DNA of 64,000 bases from NCBI GenBank assembly GCA_030248215.1, contig JASANG010003338.1, positions 1 through 64,000 of the forward strand, given 5' to 3'. Both the position numbers and the translations under genes were made by a program. Source of the stretch: Enoplolaimus lenunculus (lineage: Eukaryota). The notes below the pieces were generated by a model. That model saw only the letters and a list, made by a program, of their open reading frames with translations, ran no database searches and was not told where the DNA came from. This document shows, piece after piece, positions 26,101-40,200 of the stretch. How positions within the stretch are numbered: position 1 is the stretch's first letter; each line of letters begins with the position of its first letter.

Positions 26101-28163
26101 GAACTGCGGACCAAGGCACGCAGGAACTGTGATGCCAGCTGACAACCCTAAAAATAGAGCTGTTACTGACACCCCTAAAACGTGCCAAAACTAAAATGAA
26201 AGATTTTAAAATATTTAATGCTAAAATTGTGCAGGCTTTTTAATACTAAAATTCTTCCTGGTCCCAGAAGTAGCGAAAATATGTTTCATGCGGCATCACG
26301 GCTATTTTGTCGCTCGACAACTCGTCACCCGGCAACTTTTAATCCGAAATTTTATCGACTCGACAATTCGTTGCCCTTGTTTGACGCCTCTACTATATTC
26401 TGTTCTCGCGTCCCTGTGCGGATCACACTGCTCTATATCACTGCTATTAATTAATAAAATAATTAGCGAAAAAGCATTTAATAAAAGCAGGCAGTTGCGT
26501 CAAGTATTTAGATTCCTCAAATTTTAAGTATGGAAAATATTTTGAACTTAAAAACAACGTTGTAGAAAGGGTACACCTTGTTCTGCCTGCAAGAAAACAA
26601 ACCATAATAAGGCACATAAATGTATGCTACGTGCATTTGCCAGAAGTGCCGAAACATCGTTAAAATCTACTAGCAATCAAAGCATTGAAGCTTATTGTCT
26701 AATATATCCTGAACAGAAATGATCGTCCGTCCAAGACTGTTGATTCAGGGGCGTATACAAATGGCGTGTGCAGAAGGATATGTCTCCTTCCAAACCTTCT
26801 GGAGAAACGAGAAGAAACGCGTTTACAAGTTGAAATTCTGATTGCATGCTCGCAAAAAACTAGCGTTGAACCAATACTGTAAAATACCGATATACCAATA
26901 CCAATATTTAGATATCGATAGTAATACGATACGGATATGGATACTTCAGCGGCACATCTTACTGCCGAATTTGGAAATCGGCGACAAATTTACCCTCGAC
27001 TGTTGATACAAATATTACTCTCGTGCTATGAAATCTAACCTTCCTTTTCATCGACTGTAAGTTTGGTTTTTTAACTTTCAAAGATATTGCGTGCATGTCG
27101 CCATCTCAGGATATTAAAGTTTTCGGTAGAATTTTAAAACCAACCCAAATTTGGGTTCAACCTTTGTGCCTGATAAGCTAAAAACGCCTCACAAGCACAA
27201 AAGGTGGTGAACAAGTGAACCAGGGCGTCTAGCAGTTTTTCATGATTCTCACTTTTGTATCAACAAATGCTGTCATTCAGCTTGTTTTGCAGAATACTTT
27301 TCCAAGCCACAAAATTAGTTGCCGCCCTAACTCGATATTCTCAACCGCCTCATGATAAGAGCTTACACTGCTTAAACGTTACGCAATATTACCGATATGG
27401 GCACTAGCGGTTCGAAAAGAGTGGCGGAAGGGGGCGTACACCCCCCCACTCTAAATTTTCATATTATAAAATGGTAAGGTCCCTACCTCACAATTTTTCC
27501 CTCAAAAATTTTTTTGTGATAAAACCTTAAAATTTTTCCCTTAGACAATTATGGGTGATAAAATGATAAGACAAACCTTTCAATTTTTAAGCTTCATAAC
27601 ATTTGCCATACCACCTCTCTAAGTCAGAAGTGTTTGGATCTGCCTCTGGATATGGGGTCATAAATAACAAATAACAATAGCGATACATATACCGATACCC
27701 TAAATTTCACCGATACCGATACCGATATATTCGTTTAACATTGCAAAAAACTTTTACATGAGGTTAATATATTCACCCGAAACAAAATTTTGGCAACGTC
27801 TCTTCATCGTATTTCGCACAGAAAATTTCCAGCGTAGGGTCCGTAATTGTAAGGCACACAGCAAAAACATGTAGGTAAAAAGGCTGTTCTACCAGTATTG
27901 ACAGCATCGCAGAGCCCGTACATTCAGGACGTGCAAGAAAAGAAATATGCCCAAAACTATGAAATTTAAAGTTTAGTATATGCAATATGCAACCACAGTC
28001 AATTTAAATTGAAAAACACTACTTCTTTAGAACAAGTCTGCTAGCGATATTTTAAAGCTTTATGTTGTGGTAAACATTGGTTTGGATGCAGCTGGAATGT
28101 TTTACGGACGTTTTCTATTCAAAATACCTTTATTGAAAATCATAAAGTTAATTTTCTGAGGGC

Positions 28164-28223
28164 CTAGACATTGCGGGATGGGAAAATTTCGGTTGTGGAA
28201 AACTTCGTTTCTCCGCCACGAAA
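28164..28223 (-). CDS. Putative terminal exon 17 (FRGGETKFSTTEIFPSRNV*)
   Basis: TTTTATAG acceptor in phase 0, TAG stop, AATAAA about 30 nt downstream on the minus strand. Confidence 0.45.
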   Translation of the reverse strand, partial: FRGGETKFSTTEIFPSRNV

Positions 28224-31200
28224 CTATAAAACAATTTGTAATCCATTTGAAATCGCTATATATCCCTACTAAAATTGTTTTTACTTTTCCTGTAGCATGT
28301 TTAGATGGCTGCTTGTCTGCTTTTTTATACTTTCAGTTGCTGTTGTAGTCTGAAAAGATTGAGCACATCCAACTTACCAATGCAGAATATTTTTCGTTTG
28401 GCAGTTGCTGTATTGGTGTTAAATATTTGTTAATAGTAATATGTGATTGTTTTGATCCGTTCTTGTTGGTCACTGGGTCCATATTGATGGCTTGTCGAGT
28501 TCTACGCTGTTCAATTTCCATTTCATGACTCAACTGAGAGCGTCTCCGACACTGCGGAATGTGGTAACGTGCGGTGTCGGGGTGCATCCGGGTTTCGCCG
28601 CTGGGAATTGCTGGGGGCTTCTTCACGGAAAATAGTCGAGATTGTTTGATGTTTGGCGGAGTAGTTATTTCGTATCTATGTCGAATTTGAGACACTCTGT
28701 TGCCGTAGAGTTCAGAACCCTTTGGCGTCGAGTAGCCCCCTTTATTGTCAGAAGTAAACACCGGCAATGATGTCTTGTTCAACTGGAGATTTGATTGTGA
28801 TTTTCTGAAACACGCGTTGTGGAATTTGGCATCGACCATAGACGGTTGCCGTCTGCGGGTACGATCTTAGTTTAGCAACGACAACTGTGGTTGCAAAATT
28901 TTTAAAGCACTCGTAGTTGCTTCTATATTTTTAGCAAGTAAATTTTTGAAATAAAATTTTGGTTTAATTTTTCAATAGCAATTGTCTATAGACTGTTTTA
29001 AAACTATTACTTTCAGCCAACTACCGTATTTCAAATATGCTCTCCGATTACGATGACCGTTTTCCAATCTGAAACCGTAGACGGTTGCCCTCAAAATTTC
29101 AAAAACCACACTTGCTATCAATTTCTAATGTACAGCTGAGACGACTCCCTATCTGCGAAGCACAGCAACCGTATTTCATAGCGCGTACCTACGACTATGG
29201 TGGCCGCATATTTTGTGCTTTTTCAGTGTTTAAAAATAAAAGGTAGAAGGGGCGGTTTGTAGTTTATAAATAAAGTTTACACTCGCTGCCATCCGTACCT
29301 TAAGCTAGCAATACAGTCTACAATAAATACTATACGTAATAGGTACGCAAGACTATGCGATCTCTACAATTTGGTTAAGTCGGTCAAGAACATTTGCTGC
29401 TTTTCAAAATGATAGTAGTCATCAATCGAAATTAGTTGAAAAATAGTAGTTGTAGTTTAAAATTTTAAAATCTACAAAATTTTTTGAAAACTGTAGCATC
29501 AACTGCCATTTTGTTTCACTGCAGACGTCAACCGTCTACGGTCGATACAAAATTCCACAACGCGTATCCAAGATATTGTGGACGACGCATTAAATAAGCA
29601 GCTACTTTCAAAACGCCAAACAGGTAACATAGCAAAACGCCGTTCAATGTGGGTTTTAGCTTAACATTAGTAATTGTAAAATATAAGCAATTTCTTAAAA
29701 AAATTCAATTCTGACAGAAATAAACGTGAAAACAACTCGACAAAATTCATAGCTATTGCCTACCTTGACGGAGCATCCGGTTGTTCACAAAATTCCACAT
29801 TCTCCATGCTTGATTTTGAACTTCGGTAGTCTTTAGTGATCGGAATAACAATGCCTCCAGCCTTTGACGGGTTTTTACTAATGCTCACTCGATTTACTTG
29901 CTCCGAAGGATTCGAGCGACCAGTTGAACGCGTCCCGGTTCCACGTTTCATTTGTTGACGTTTTGGCGAATCAAATTCGGACGGATCTTCTACAATTTGA
30001 GCAGTTGGGCCAGTTAAAGATTTGGAAACTTCAACAAAACTTGACGAACGACCGCATGCGTACGGTAAGTTTGTTGCTTGCGTATCATCTGGAGATGTGA
30101 AAACCATTGGCTCAACATCCACGTATTTTATTTTAGCGGAACCGATCTGCACCTTTGCATCATCGTTGGTGTCAATTTTGTTGCATTTTTCAGCCGGTTT
30201 CAGCGATTGTGGCTGCAGCTTGGTCAATTTTAACTCCGAAAATTCTTCTGATGAGTCTGTTCGCAGGAAGTAATAAAGTTTCTCTGGTTCTTCTGCATTG
30301 AAGTCAACGTTTTGCTTGTCAGTCGGTATTTCGGCATCATCTTTGTTTGTTTGTTTAACATCGGTAATCGTTTGAATTGCATCCTCGGGCTGTCTTATAT
30401 CAATCTTCTTTGCACTGCTCAAACCGTCTTTTTGTAGCACAGATTTTTTTCGTCGTTCTGACAAGATATTTCCTCGTTGATTTTCCGTCTCTTTACGGCT
30501 GTTATCGGAAGAATTCGTTTCAGGATAGTGCTTTTCTGGCTCTTGTTGTCGGGTTCTAACAATAGTGTCATGGTTCATGTTATCATCTGGTGCCAAAATG
30601 CCATGTTTTCCGGGTGGCAATTCGCAAGACACTTTGTACGAACCATTTCGTAAAAGGTTAAGACCGGACATGGTGGATGCAGAGTTCACCGCTTTGCAGC
30701 TACGCGACAACAAATGCGGAAGTTCGAACTGGAAAGATTTTGATGGAGGTGTACGGATCGAATTGGACGTTGGTTCAGAATATGAAATAACAAAATACAA
30801 ACTTATTTGTCCAGTACACGAAATATACCAAACAATGCATGAAACAGTAGCTGACTGTTTAAAACTGTTAAAAGTTGCTGAAAACAACTATAACCTAATT
30901 TTGGTTTGAAATCCATTCATCACGTGCCAAATGTAACCTGTCAGGTTTTGCTAAACTGGCATTTATAAGTTATTTTTGGCACGAACTTGGATAATAGATA
31001 AATCGTCAGTTTTAAAAACTAAACAACCTAAAACGGTTGTGTTCTTAGAAAAACACCGTAACTTTTTTGACATTGCAACGAAACGGGAACTGAATAACAA
31101 CCATCTGTTCCCTAAAGGACAGACGGCTTGAGCAATTGGTTATGCAGTTGCAAACCCGTAAACCACGTTAACTGTTCCATAAGATATCAATAGTTAAATA

Positions 31201-34200
31201 ATAACCAAACGTAAAAATGTTAGATTTTTCAAATTTCTAGGGCAAAGGTGCAATTGTGAATACATTTACCGTTCTGTTCAGCTTGATGTACAACTGCGAC
31301 AGCGGTATGACTTTGAAATCTGCATGATCTTGCCGCGTCTTCAAAAACATTTGAAACCATATCGCACTCGGCAGCCAAAATTTTGTCTATTTGTTCTGAA
31401 ACCAAAAATACAGATGATAGACATGTGTCGTTGCTACAGCACCAATTTAAAAGTATCATCGATATGGCTGAACAGTCCCGGCCTAAACTTTAGCGATGGT
31501 GATTCTTTGGATTAAAAAATGCGCTATGCATGAAGGAGACTTCGACAAATGGCTTGGAGCACGTATGTATACTTTGTACATATAATGTCTTCGGGCGCAT
31601 TTAACGCAGAAATTACAAACGACGATTATTAATAACAAGTGTTACAATAGCGACTTGTGACACTTCTAATGCTGTGTTCACGTTACAACCGGGCAGCATG
31701 GGACATGTTTTGTCCCTATTAGACTATTGAGTAACACATTGTCTGCTTGTATACCCCATATCGTATTCAAAAAGTTGTATTTGTCTGCTAATATCATCTG
31801 TAGGTTACTTTTGTTCCTCAATATCATATGATATTCGAGTTTTGTCTGTTGACCCGATATAAGAGCCCGAATTTTAACGCTGACGTCGAATCAACATGGG
31901 ACAAACCGTGTCCCGCCTGCCCCGGTTATAACGTGAATCCCACATAATATCCGCATTCTCAAATGTGTGTAGCACCTAGGTACAACGTTTTTGTTTTATA
32001 TATATAGCCTCGCAATTCTCGAACCAGCGAATAGCGAGGCTCGAAGTATATCACATGTTTTTGCATTTGATTTGCGTTAATTCTGTGCCAATTTTGAGAT
32101 TCACAATTGCAGGAATTTATCAGTTTGACAGCCTATTCCTAAGTGGCGATATGTCAGGTCAGGTACTATACGCATTTAACAAATATGGTCTTGGTTCGGA
32201 GGCTATTTGAAATGGTGAATTCACCTTATTATTGGAGAACAATACCCTGCCCCTTGTACGCATCTGTAACAATTAAAAGTTAATTGCATTTCTAACTAAA
32301 CATTTATGTAACCTGCAGCGCGTATTCCGGCATATTTTGTTTCTCTTTCTGTATCCAGCGACGACATTGGTCGTGTGGTTGAGTCGTTATTCGCCCAATC
32401 AAATTGTTTCTCGCCCTATAAAAATAGATACAAGTACAAAGATTAACACATCGTTTAAAGTAAAGTTCGTAAATCGTGTACCTTGTTGACAAAGGTAATT
32501 ACAGCCACACAAGAGGATCTTCACTGAGGGACAATGGGGCCATGCCCCCCAAGTTTGACTGGTGCCTCCAAATAGACTCAGCCTAAAGTAAACAACCTTG
32601 AATTGCAATTGTGATTGCCCCAAATATATTTTCTGCGGACGACCCTGCAGCCACTGCAGATGCTTCAGCTCCATGGCCCAGTCAGGCACCTTGATTTTTC
32701 AGAAATGTTATACAAGTGTTTTCTATAACTTACAAGCAAGGTTATAAGTTTTCTAAGCGGGGGGGGGGGCTGAAATTCTTCCAGGAGATCTGCGCTTCCC
32801 GCTGGCCAATCCATGGCTGCAGGCCCGGGATGCTTTCGATGCAGACTCAAAATGAATTTCGATATAACTATAATTGAGAAATATATCCGTACAGCCGGCC
32901 GACAGTTTGGAGAGAATAATTTTGCTCTTCAGATCAGTTTCAACCTCGCTCTTGTCATCAAAAACCCTTCCATGCCCCCCTAAACTTTTTAACCCTACCA
33001 AACAAGGTAAAAACAACTATAAGAACGATATACCATATAAAGAACATATTATGCAATGATTTAAACAAGAGTATGCAATTGGGCGCATTGAGTGACGAAA
33101 TAACGCACTTATTGATCTGTCTTCGTTAAAAAAATTTTGGGTTTGCAAGCATCAATAACTAATAGACATTTATATACAAATATTTCTTTTTACAAACTAT
33201 CCAAGAAATAAAAAAAACTAGCATATTTTGTTTGGCATACTTACTTGAAATGAATATATCGCAGCTGAAATTGCGCTGCCGTCGCCTGGGAAACTTAGGA
33301 ATCGATGACCGCGATGTCTTGACCTTCGCCTTCCAGGTTCGTTGTTCAGTGATTGCTTTGACTGGCTGGCAGTACTGTTCGACAACGGTATTGGTATTAT
33401 TTCATTGGTAGTATATTCTTGTTCAAGTTTATTCATATTTCGACGGCTATCGCTTGGTTGCCTTGTACGTTTTAGTACAACAGACTGCTCGGAAATTGCG
33501 AAATCTAGACATAATAAAGGAGAAGAATGCATAAATTGACCAAGCTGAAGCATACATGCGTACCTCAATTGTTTGGCCGTTTAGTATCCGAATATCTCTA
33601 ATTATAAATTTTTGGTGATGGTTAAAGCCGTATAGGCAGCGCTGCACGCTACCCACGGGTACGGGTAGGAAAATTTTGACGCGAGTATACACGCGGGTGA
33701 AGAATTCCGAAGCTAGGGTAACAATTTGTAGTTTTGACCCACCAAAAATTATCATAAAAACCCTCACAAATAAAGGAAGTTGTTAAGATTATTGTTCTAG
33801 CTGACTTATGCCCATGCACGTGTGAATACTTTTCACATACATTTCAACAGAAATGTTAGAAGTACAGCTTACAGCATTTGGAGATATTCTTCGCTGTTTC
33901 TATTGAGGTTATATTTTTCTTTGGCTTGGAACAATATGTTCCCAAGATTTCTGAATGAAATTTTAAAACCAATTGAGACAAAACCATAAAGAAATGTGTG
34001 ACTGTACGATCCTAACTACAATGATTTCGTGCAAACAAGAACGTTTTCATTCATAGATCATAATCATCCATCAGCAAAGAACCCAGGTTTACCGCAAAGA
34101 ACCCAGGTTTACCGGTGATAGGTGTAAATGTGCAATATCCGGTGTTACATTTTTTACTGAATGGTTTGTTTTCATACCTACTAATAAGAAGTTTTTGTAA

Positions 34201-37200
34201 CGTAAATTGAGTGACTAATATCATGAAGCGGGTCAATTTATATAAACTATCAAAACTTCAGTAATATGTCAGAGTCGGTCTTTAGCATACCCAGACAAAT
34301 CAATTGTGTTAGGCCACCGATGTTATCAGTTATGTAGCTGTAGTGGATCTTATTTCCCAGACACGTTGATTTAAGGTATCAGGATTAATTTAAAAAATTC
34401 ACCTGATTTTGCGCTTGCTTCGCTCACGTGGTTTCATTCAACTACTGCCACTGAGCGAAGATAAACAAGGTGTGCCCTTATCCATTGCTTACGTTTAACG
34501 TTTTTTAACCAGCAGCTAGAAAATATATCGTAGCCACATTTGTTGCAAAATATCAAGTAAATTTTCGACCGTTCAGGCGAAAACTTAGTATCAGATGACT
34601 GTGTTGACCGCTTATGTCCGCCACATATGTTCCACAATACAATTACCAGTTTGAGTAGAGCCACACGCTTCCTTAAAGTTCGACTCAGTGCAAAGTTTCG
34701 GTGAAACTTCGAACTTTTTCGCTCTATCTGCACGATTGTTTGGGCCTGTTTTGAAAAGCAACGCAATTTTTGTTCAGGCTTAGATTTAGTATGCCCTTAA
34801 CTCTTACAAAAACGGTAGCAGTTGGTGTCATCGAATTTCAGTTTATATATTTGTTTATAAAAACACATTTTCAAAATTGGAAAATGACTTACCCATCTCT
34901 TTGGCAACGTATCCTAGTTCTCGTTCATCGCCGCAACCAGTTGTAATCGATTGTGTTTTAGGATCAGTTGAACTATCGCCGCTGCCGCTGTTAGTAGGGT
35001 GTTTCTTTTTTCGACGCGCTGGCGGATGCAACTTCGATTTGACTCGTGCGTATATTTCTGATAAATCATTGGTCGATGCAAAAACAACTTTGTCGTGATC
35101 GTCGACAATGATGATATCGTTCTGTAACGGATCTGGATCTGTTTGCATTTCGCTGTCCACAAACGTTCTCTGAAATTGAATATTTTTCGCTAAATGACAC
35201 GTTGCAACTGCAAATATATAGTTTTCTTTTTCTACTGTTTAACGCACTTATGTTGTATCAGTGATTATTTTATATTATTTTTAACGCACTTATGTTGTAT
35301 CAGTGATTATTTTTTATTATTTTTAACGCACTTATGTTGTATCAATGATTATTTTTATTATTTTTAACGCACTTATGTTGTATCAGTGATTATTTTTATT
35401 ATTTTTAACGCACTTATGTTGTATTAGTGATTATTTTTATTATTTTTAACGCACTTATGTTGTATCAGTGATTATTTTTATTATTTTTATAACAACGATA
35501 GTTAGGGTGATCGATACAAAGTCGATGTGGCTGTCCGGATGTTCGGCAATGATTTTCACGGCAAGTTTCTGCGAGGCGTCATTGGATAGGGCCGAGAATT
35601 ATTACCGCATTACATTATTTGGAGTTTACTATTTTTTAACTTTTCGAGCACAAAGCACATTCAACTTTAAAGCCAAAGATTAGTTTTAATTGAAACCAAG
35701 GTAGAACGTTTGTAAATAATTCCGCTACACTTGTTCTGCCAGAGCATCCACCGCTAGACGGCACAAATTTTTGCTATAATTTAGTATGCGGCATCTTCCA
35801 GCGCCGTATGTGAATTCATGTGCCGTAGCGCGCTTGGATGATGCTTAACGACGCCGGACCACATGGAAAGTCATGAAAAACGATAGCGCGTGCCTTGTAC
35901 CTTTATAACGTTGTCATTCCCGCGAATCGTTGCGCTGGCTTTTGATCGACTTCTCGGTGGTTTGCCTTTCACTGGCAATGGACTTGTTTGAGTTTCTTTT
36001 GGAAACTGTTTCAGTTTCGATTCAATTGTCGTTGGTGGTGATTTGTGTGCAATATGACTTGAACTGGACGTCAGCGTCGATCTGTGATGTGATTGAAAAT
36101 CGTCAGCGTTTGGTGAAGTCGCAAAATTCAAAAAGCAACGGCTGTTGCTTGGAGATATCGAATGCGCCATCCTATAAATAAACCGGCCAATGTTACTTTA
36201 AGGGGCGTAACAGTAGATTAAGCGTATTCCTAAGCCTAAGCCTAATCGTTGCAAAAACGAGTTTCTAAGCCTAAGCGTAAGCCTGAGCCTAAGCCTAAGC
36301 AAAAAAATATAATCTAGAATCTAAACCTACTCTTTTATAGACCCACTAGAAACCTGGACTCCCATTAGAGTAACATGTGCCAATAAATCAATAAGAATAA
36401 TGTTATACTTTTAGAAGCGTAATATTTAGTCGAAGTCTATTCTTAGGTTTACGTTTGAGCTTATTCGTATTAGACTAACACTAGGCATAAGCCTACGCGT
36501 AAACAGATTAGTTCAAAGCTTAAATATTCTGTATTTTTAGTTTAAGCAAACGGGTACCTCCTGAAAGCTACATGGGCCATACCAAATGTGTAGTTACTAT
36601 ACATACAGTGTAGTTAAAACATTGCGGTTTATTCTGATTGTAATGTAACTAATTCCGTTCGCCGTCCGACTCGTACAGAACCAGTACCAATTACGACCAG
36701 ATGAAAACTTTCAGTGAAAGTTAGGATATGTGATGCTTTCAACACGCGGGATGCTCCTTTGCAAAGTATTGCACGGGTGCGAAACAGACTAATATATCTT
36801 GGCGAATGAAACCCCGTGAGTGAGAAAAGTGTGAATTTCAAAATGCTCGACTTTTACTCCGCCGAAGCCGCACAAATGGTTAACCAGCCCGGCTATTGGT
36901 TTTGACGGGGACACCGCCCCCTAAGTGCCGGGGCCTCCTATGGAGTTGGCATGAAGGTAGTTGAGGCACTGAATATAAGAATCAAAGTTTAAAGTCTGAT
37001 TCGCAGTGATTATGTATACAGTTTGGGGTTTGTAAATACAATTAAATATTGGGACGAAGTGATTATTTACAGTACATTGATTGAATTTTAAAACCAGGTA
37101 AGCAATTGGAAATTATGTTTTACCTACAATTTTAGAGGAGCTGATTTAGTAAACAGTTGAGAAGCATAGAAAAACCAGTTGCATTTAAAAGAAACTTATC

Positions 37201-40200
37201 AAGTGGACTGTTCCACCAACGCATTTAGATTTCCTCGAAAAATCAACGGTCTTTGGTGTTAAGATGCAGTTGAAACAAATATTAAACGGTCATTTGCTGG
37301 GTTTCCAAATCGCTACTTAAGTACCAAATTAAGTATGTGTTAAGTAATAATTTACCATTTTGTCATTGTTAAGAGCATGCTTAAGTTAAGTTGTAAGCCG
37401 CTGACTAAATTTCATAGATTACAAATTTACAATTCTGGCATACTAACCTTGGTCAAATTGAAATTATATACTATTGGCCCCTCTACAATATGAAGCAAAG
37501 CTATTTCTTTCTTGTTATGACAATAGCTGACATCTGGCGTTTATTTGTTTTTGCTTGAAAATTTAAGTGTTTACTTAAGTCGGCGACTAAAGTAATTACT
37601 TAAGTATAACTTAAGCAAATACTTAAGTAAGATTTCAAAAACCCAACCGATGATACATAACCACAAATTTGTTTCAACCCCAACGGCAAGGCTTGAAATA
37701 AAACACATACCTTGGCTTTGGAACATACGCGTCGGATCTACGCTTCATAAGCCAATTTTCATGCGCAATCACCATGTTGTCTTCAGCGAAATGCGTTTCG
37801 AATCCAACAGGCGCTACCGGAGAACTACTTGAGTCAGAGCGAACAGTTAAATGACCTTGGGGGTATGTAGCGTGGCAGTTTTCGTTGGATGAAGCATACC
37901 CGGAACTGGGGGTTTTTGATTGACCAGCACTTGGTATTGTTCTACGATGCATCTCGTCAAGAACAGCAATTGTTACATTTGAATATGGGACAATAAGTCG
38001 TTGGGAGACTACAGTATCCGGATTGCTTAAGAAATTTGAATTTTGATCCGTCTTTGGTCTGGTGGTTGGTTTTTCTGCATTTGAGCTCTTCAAAAATGGA
38101 AATAAACTAATCGAACGTGACTTAACACTTTTGTATTTCTTTGTGCCGCCATTGTGAATGTATATATTCAGCAATTCAAGCATTTGCGTGTATCCTTTCG
38201 TACGGGCGATGTCAAACGCGGTGTCACCTCTTTTGTTTTTTGATTTTGGATCCGCGCCAAGGTCAAGCAGCAGTTTTGCTGAATAGATATGGTCGTTGCT
38301 TGTTGACAAATGAAGCGGTGCATTACCTACAAAACGACCATTTTAGCTTGAAATATATAAAGGACGGATTAAGCGGAGGTATCGACACAGTAGGGGATTC
38401 GAAAATCTCTGGTGGGGAAGACCATGAGAAATATAATAGCGAAAATGTTAGCGACCTAACCAAGCAATAGGTCAAACACAATTTTAGCACTAAATTTTAA
38501 CATAACTTTACGTTTTCATCCATGTTGTGGTTACAGCCTAAACCTGGGTGACCCCTTTTTGGATCTGCCAGTCCATCGAGCCATCCCATCAGACTCTGAC
38601 ACAGGGACATATAAACAAAGGGATAACGAGATATATCTACTACCGAAATTTCTGGAGACAAGGAATCGAGTACTCTTCTCAGGGTTTGGAGTATACAACA
38701 GTTGGTATGAGGTGATCGCAACGCCATATAAAATCCTGGCAACGCCCCTGTTCTTGAAAGGGTCCCTTATTTTCAAATGTGTTTAGTAGCACCTGTTAGC
38801 ATAGCGATAGGAGTTCAAATTACAAACTCTTGCAATTGCGTATCTCACAATTAGCGCAGATGTAAGACAAATCGATAGCGAAAAATGTGCCTAATTTCGA
38901 ACCTCGCAATACACTGGTTCTAAAGGAACAAAATGTAACACTCATCGGTGGTGAAAAGTGCTATACACGTTTCAGAATATGGACCAAAGTATACATTTTG
39001 CAATGGAATTTGAATATCACAGCCAGTACTTATTATCAATAACTATCAAAACCTATTCGTTAGTTTCATAGCGGAGGATTGAAATTTTTAAGGTTAAAGC
39101 TAACGCTCAGGTCTAGGTAACCTTTCCAAAAGCGTAAGCTTGTCCTAAGCGTAAATATAAGAAATTGTACAAGCGCTGTTTTTTCAACTTAAGATGGTTC
39201 TTAAATATAAAATATAGAATTATAGAAATTCAAATTGAATTTTTAAAAAGCAAACACAAATTGTGAAAAAAGAGTACTGTAACGATGTTGAGAACAGCGG
39301 TTTAGTTGGCATGAAATAGCTTTGCTCGCAGTTAGCGCTCTTGGTCTGGGACGTGGCAGGGTTATTTATATCGGCGTGTTATTTGGTTTAGGCGTTCTTA
39401 AACAATGCTATCCTTGGCAGTCAACCAACGTCAAAGAAGAAACAGAGTAAATTATGAAAAGCCAGCGCATTTTTTGCACTAAATATTTTAAATTCCAACA
39501 CGAATCTTTTAGTTAATAGGTAGACAGTAGAGATTTCAGCAACATCCCGTTATTTTTCTAAGGGTGTCTACTGACATTCCATACACTTCTGTTCTCGCGT
39601 GTCTGATGATGGACTGTTTTTAATAAGTTTCCGAAATAATCATTAAAGAGTGTAAATTGTAATCATGTAAAACTGCAATTGTTACTGTGGTCACGACGGT
39701 ACTGCAAATATTGAACAAGCCCAGTATAAACTAGATACATACCTGCCCGATCCGATCCGAAAAGCATATTTTTCTTGTTATTACTACTACTTGCCTTGAG
39801 TAGTAATCGTAGCACGCCCAGATGACCATTGTCTGAAATAAAACACCGAAATTCAATTTAAATAGGAAATTATAGGTTGAATTAGCTGTCATACAGCAAC
39901 CACTACATTGTCATTTTAAGTTTATAAACAAATGTACAAACTGAATAGAAATTTCGAAGCGAAGTAATTCAAAGTTCTGTAAAACACAACGGCGTTGGAA
40001 TGCTTAAATTCCAGTGAGTTGATTTTAACTCAGAATGGTTTGAATTGGAATCTACTCAGTGGTCTGAGCTCTAAGTTATGTCTTTTAAAAGTCAGAATTC
40101 TGAATTGATTGATTCCACCCTGAGTAATTAATCAACTAAAACCCCGACGTAAATGAGCTCAGAGTGCGTTTAATATTTACTGTTACGAACTCAAAAATAA

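Noticed and set aside
30022..30909. Plus-strand ORFs of 60-114 aa (also those at 33342, 34877, 35930 and 38141)
   Set aside because: Antisense shadows of the minus-strand coding exons.
32753..33016. 87-aa minus-strand ORF inside the ankyrin gene as an extra exon
   Set aside because: Its candidate acceptor phase does not fit exon 12, and its 3-prime part runs into a GC-rich repeat element.
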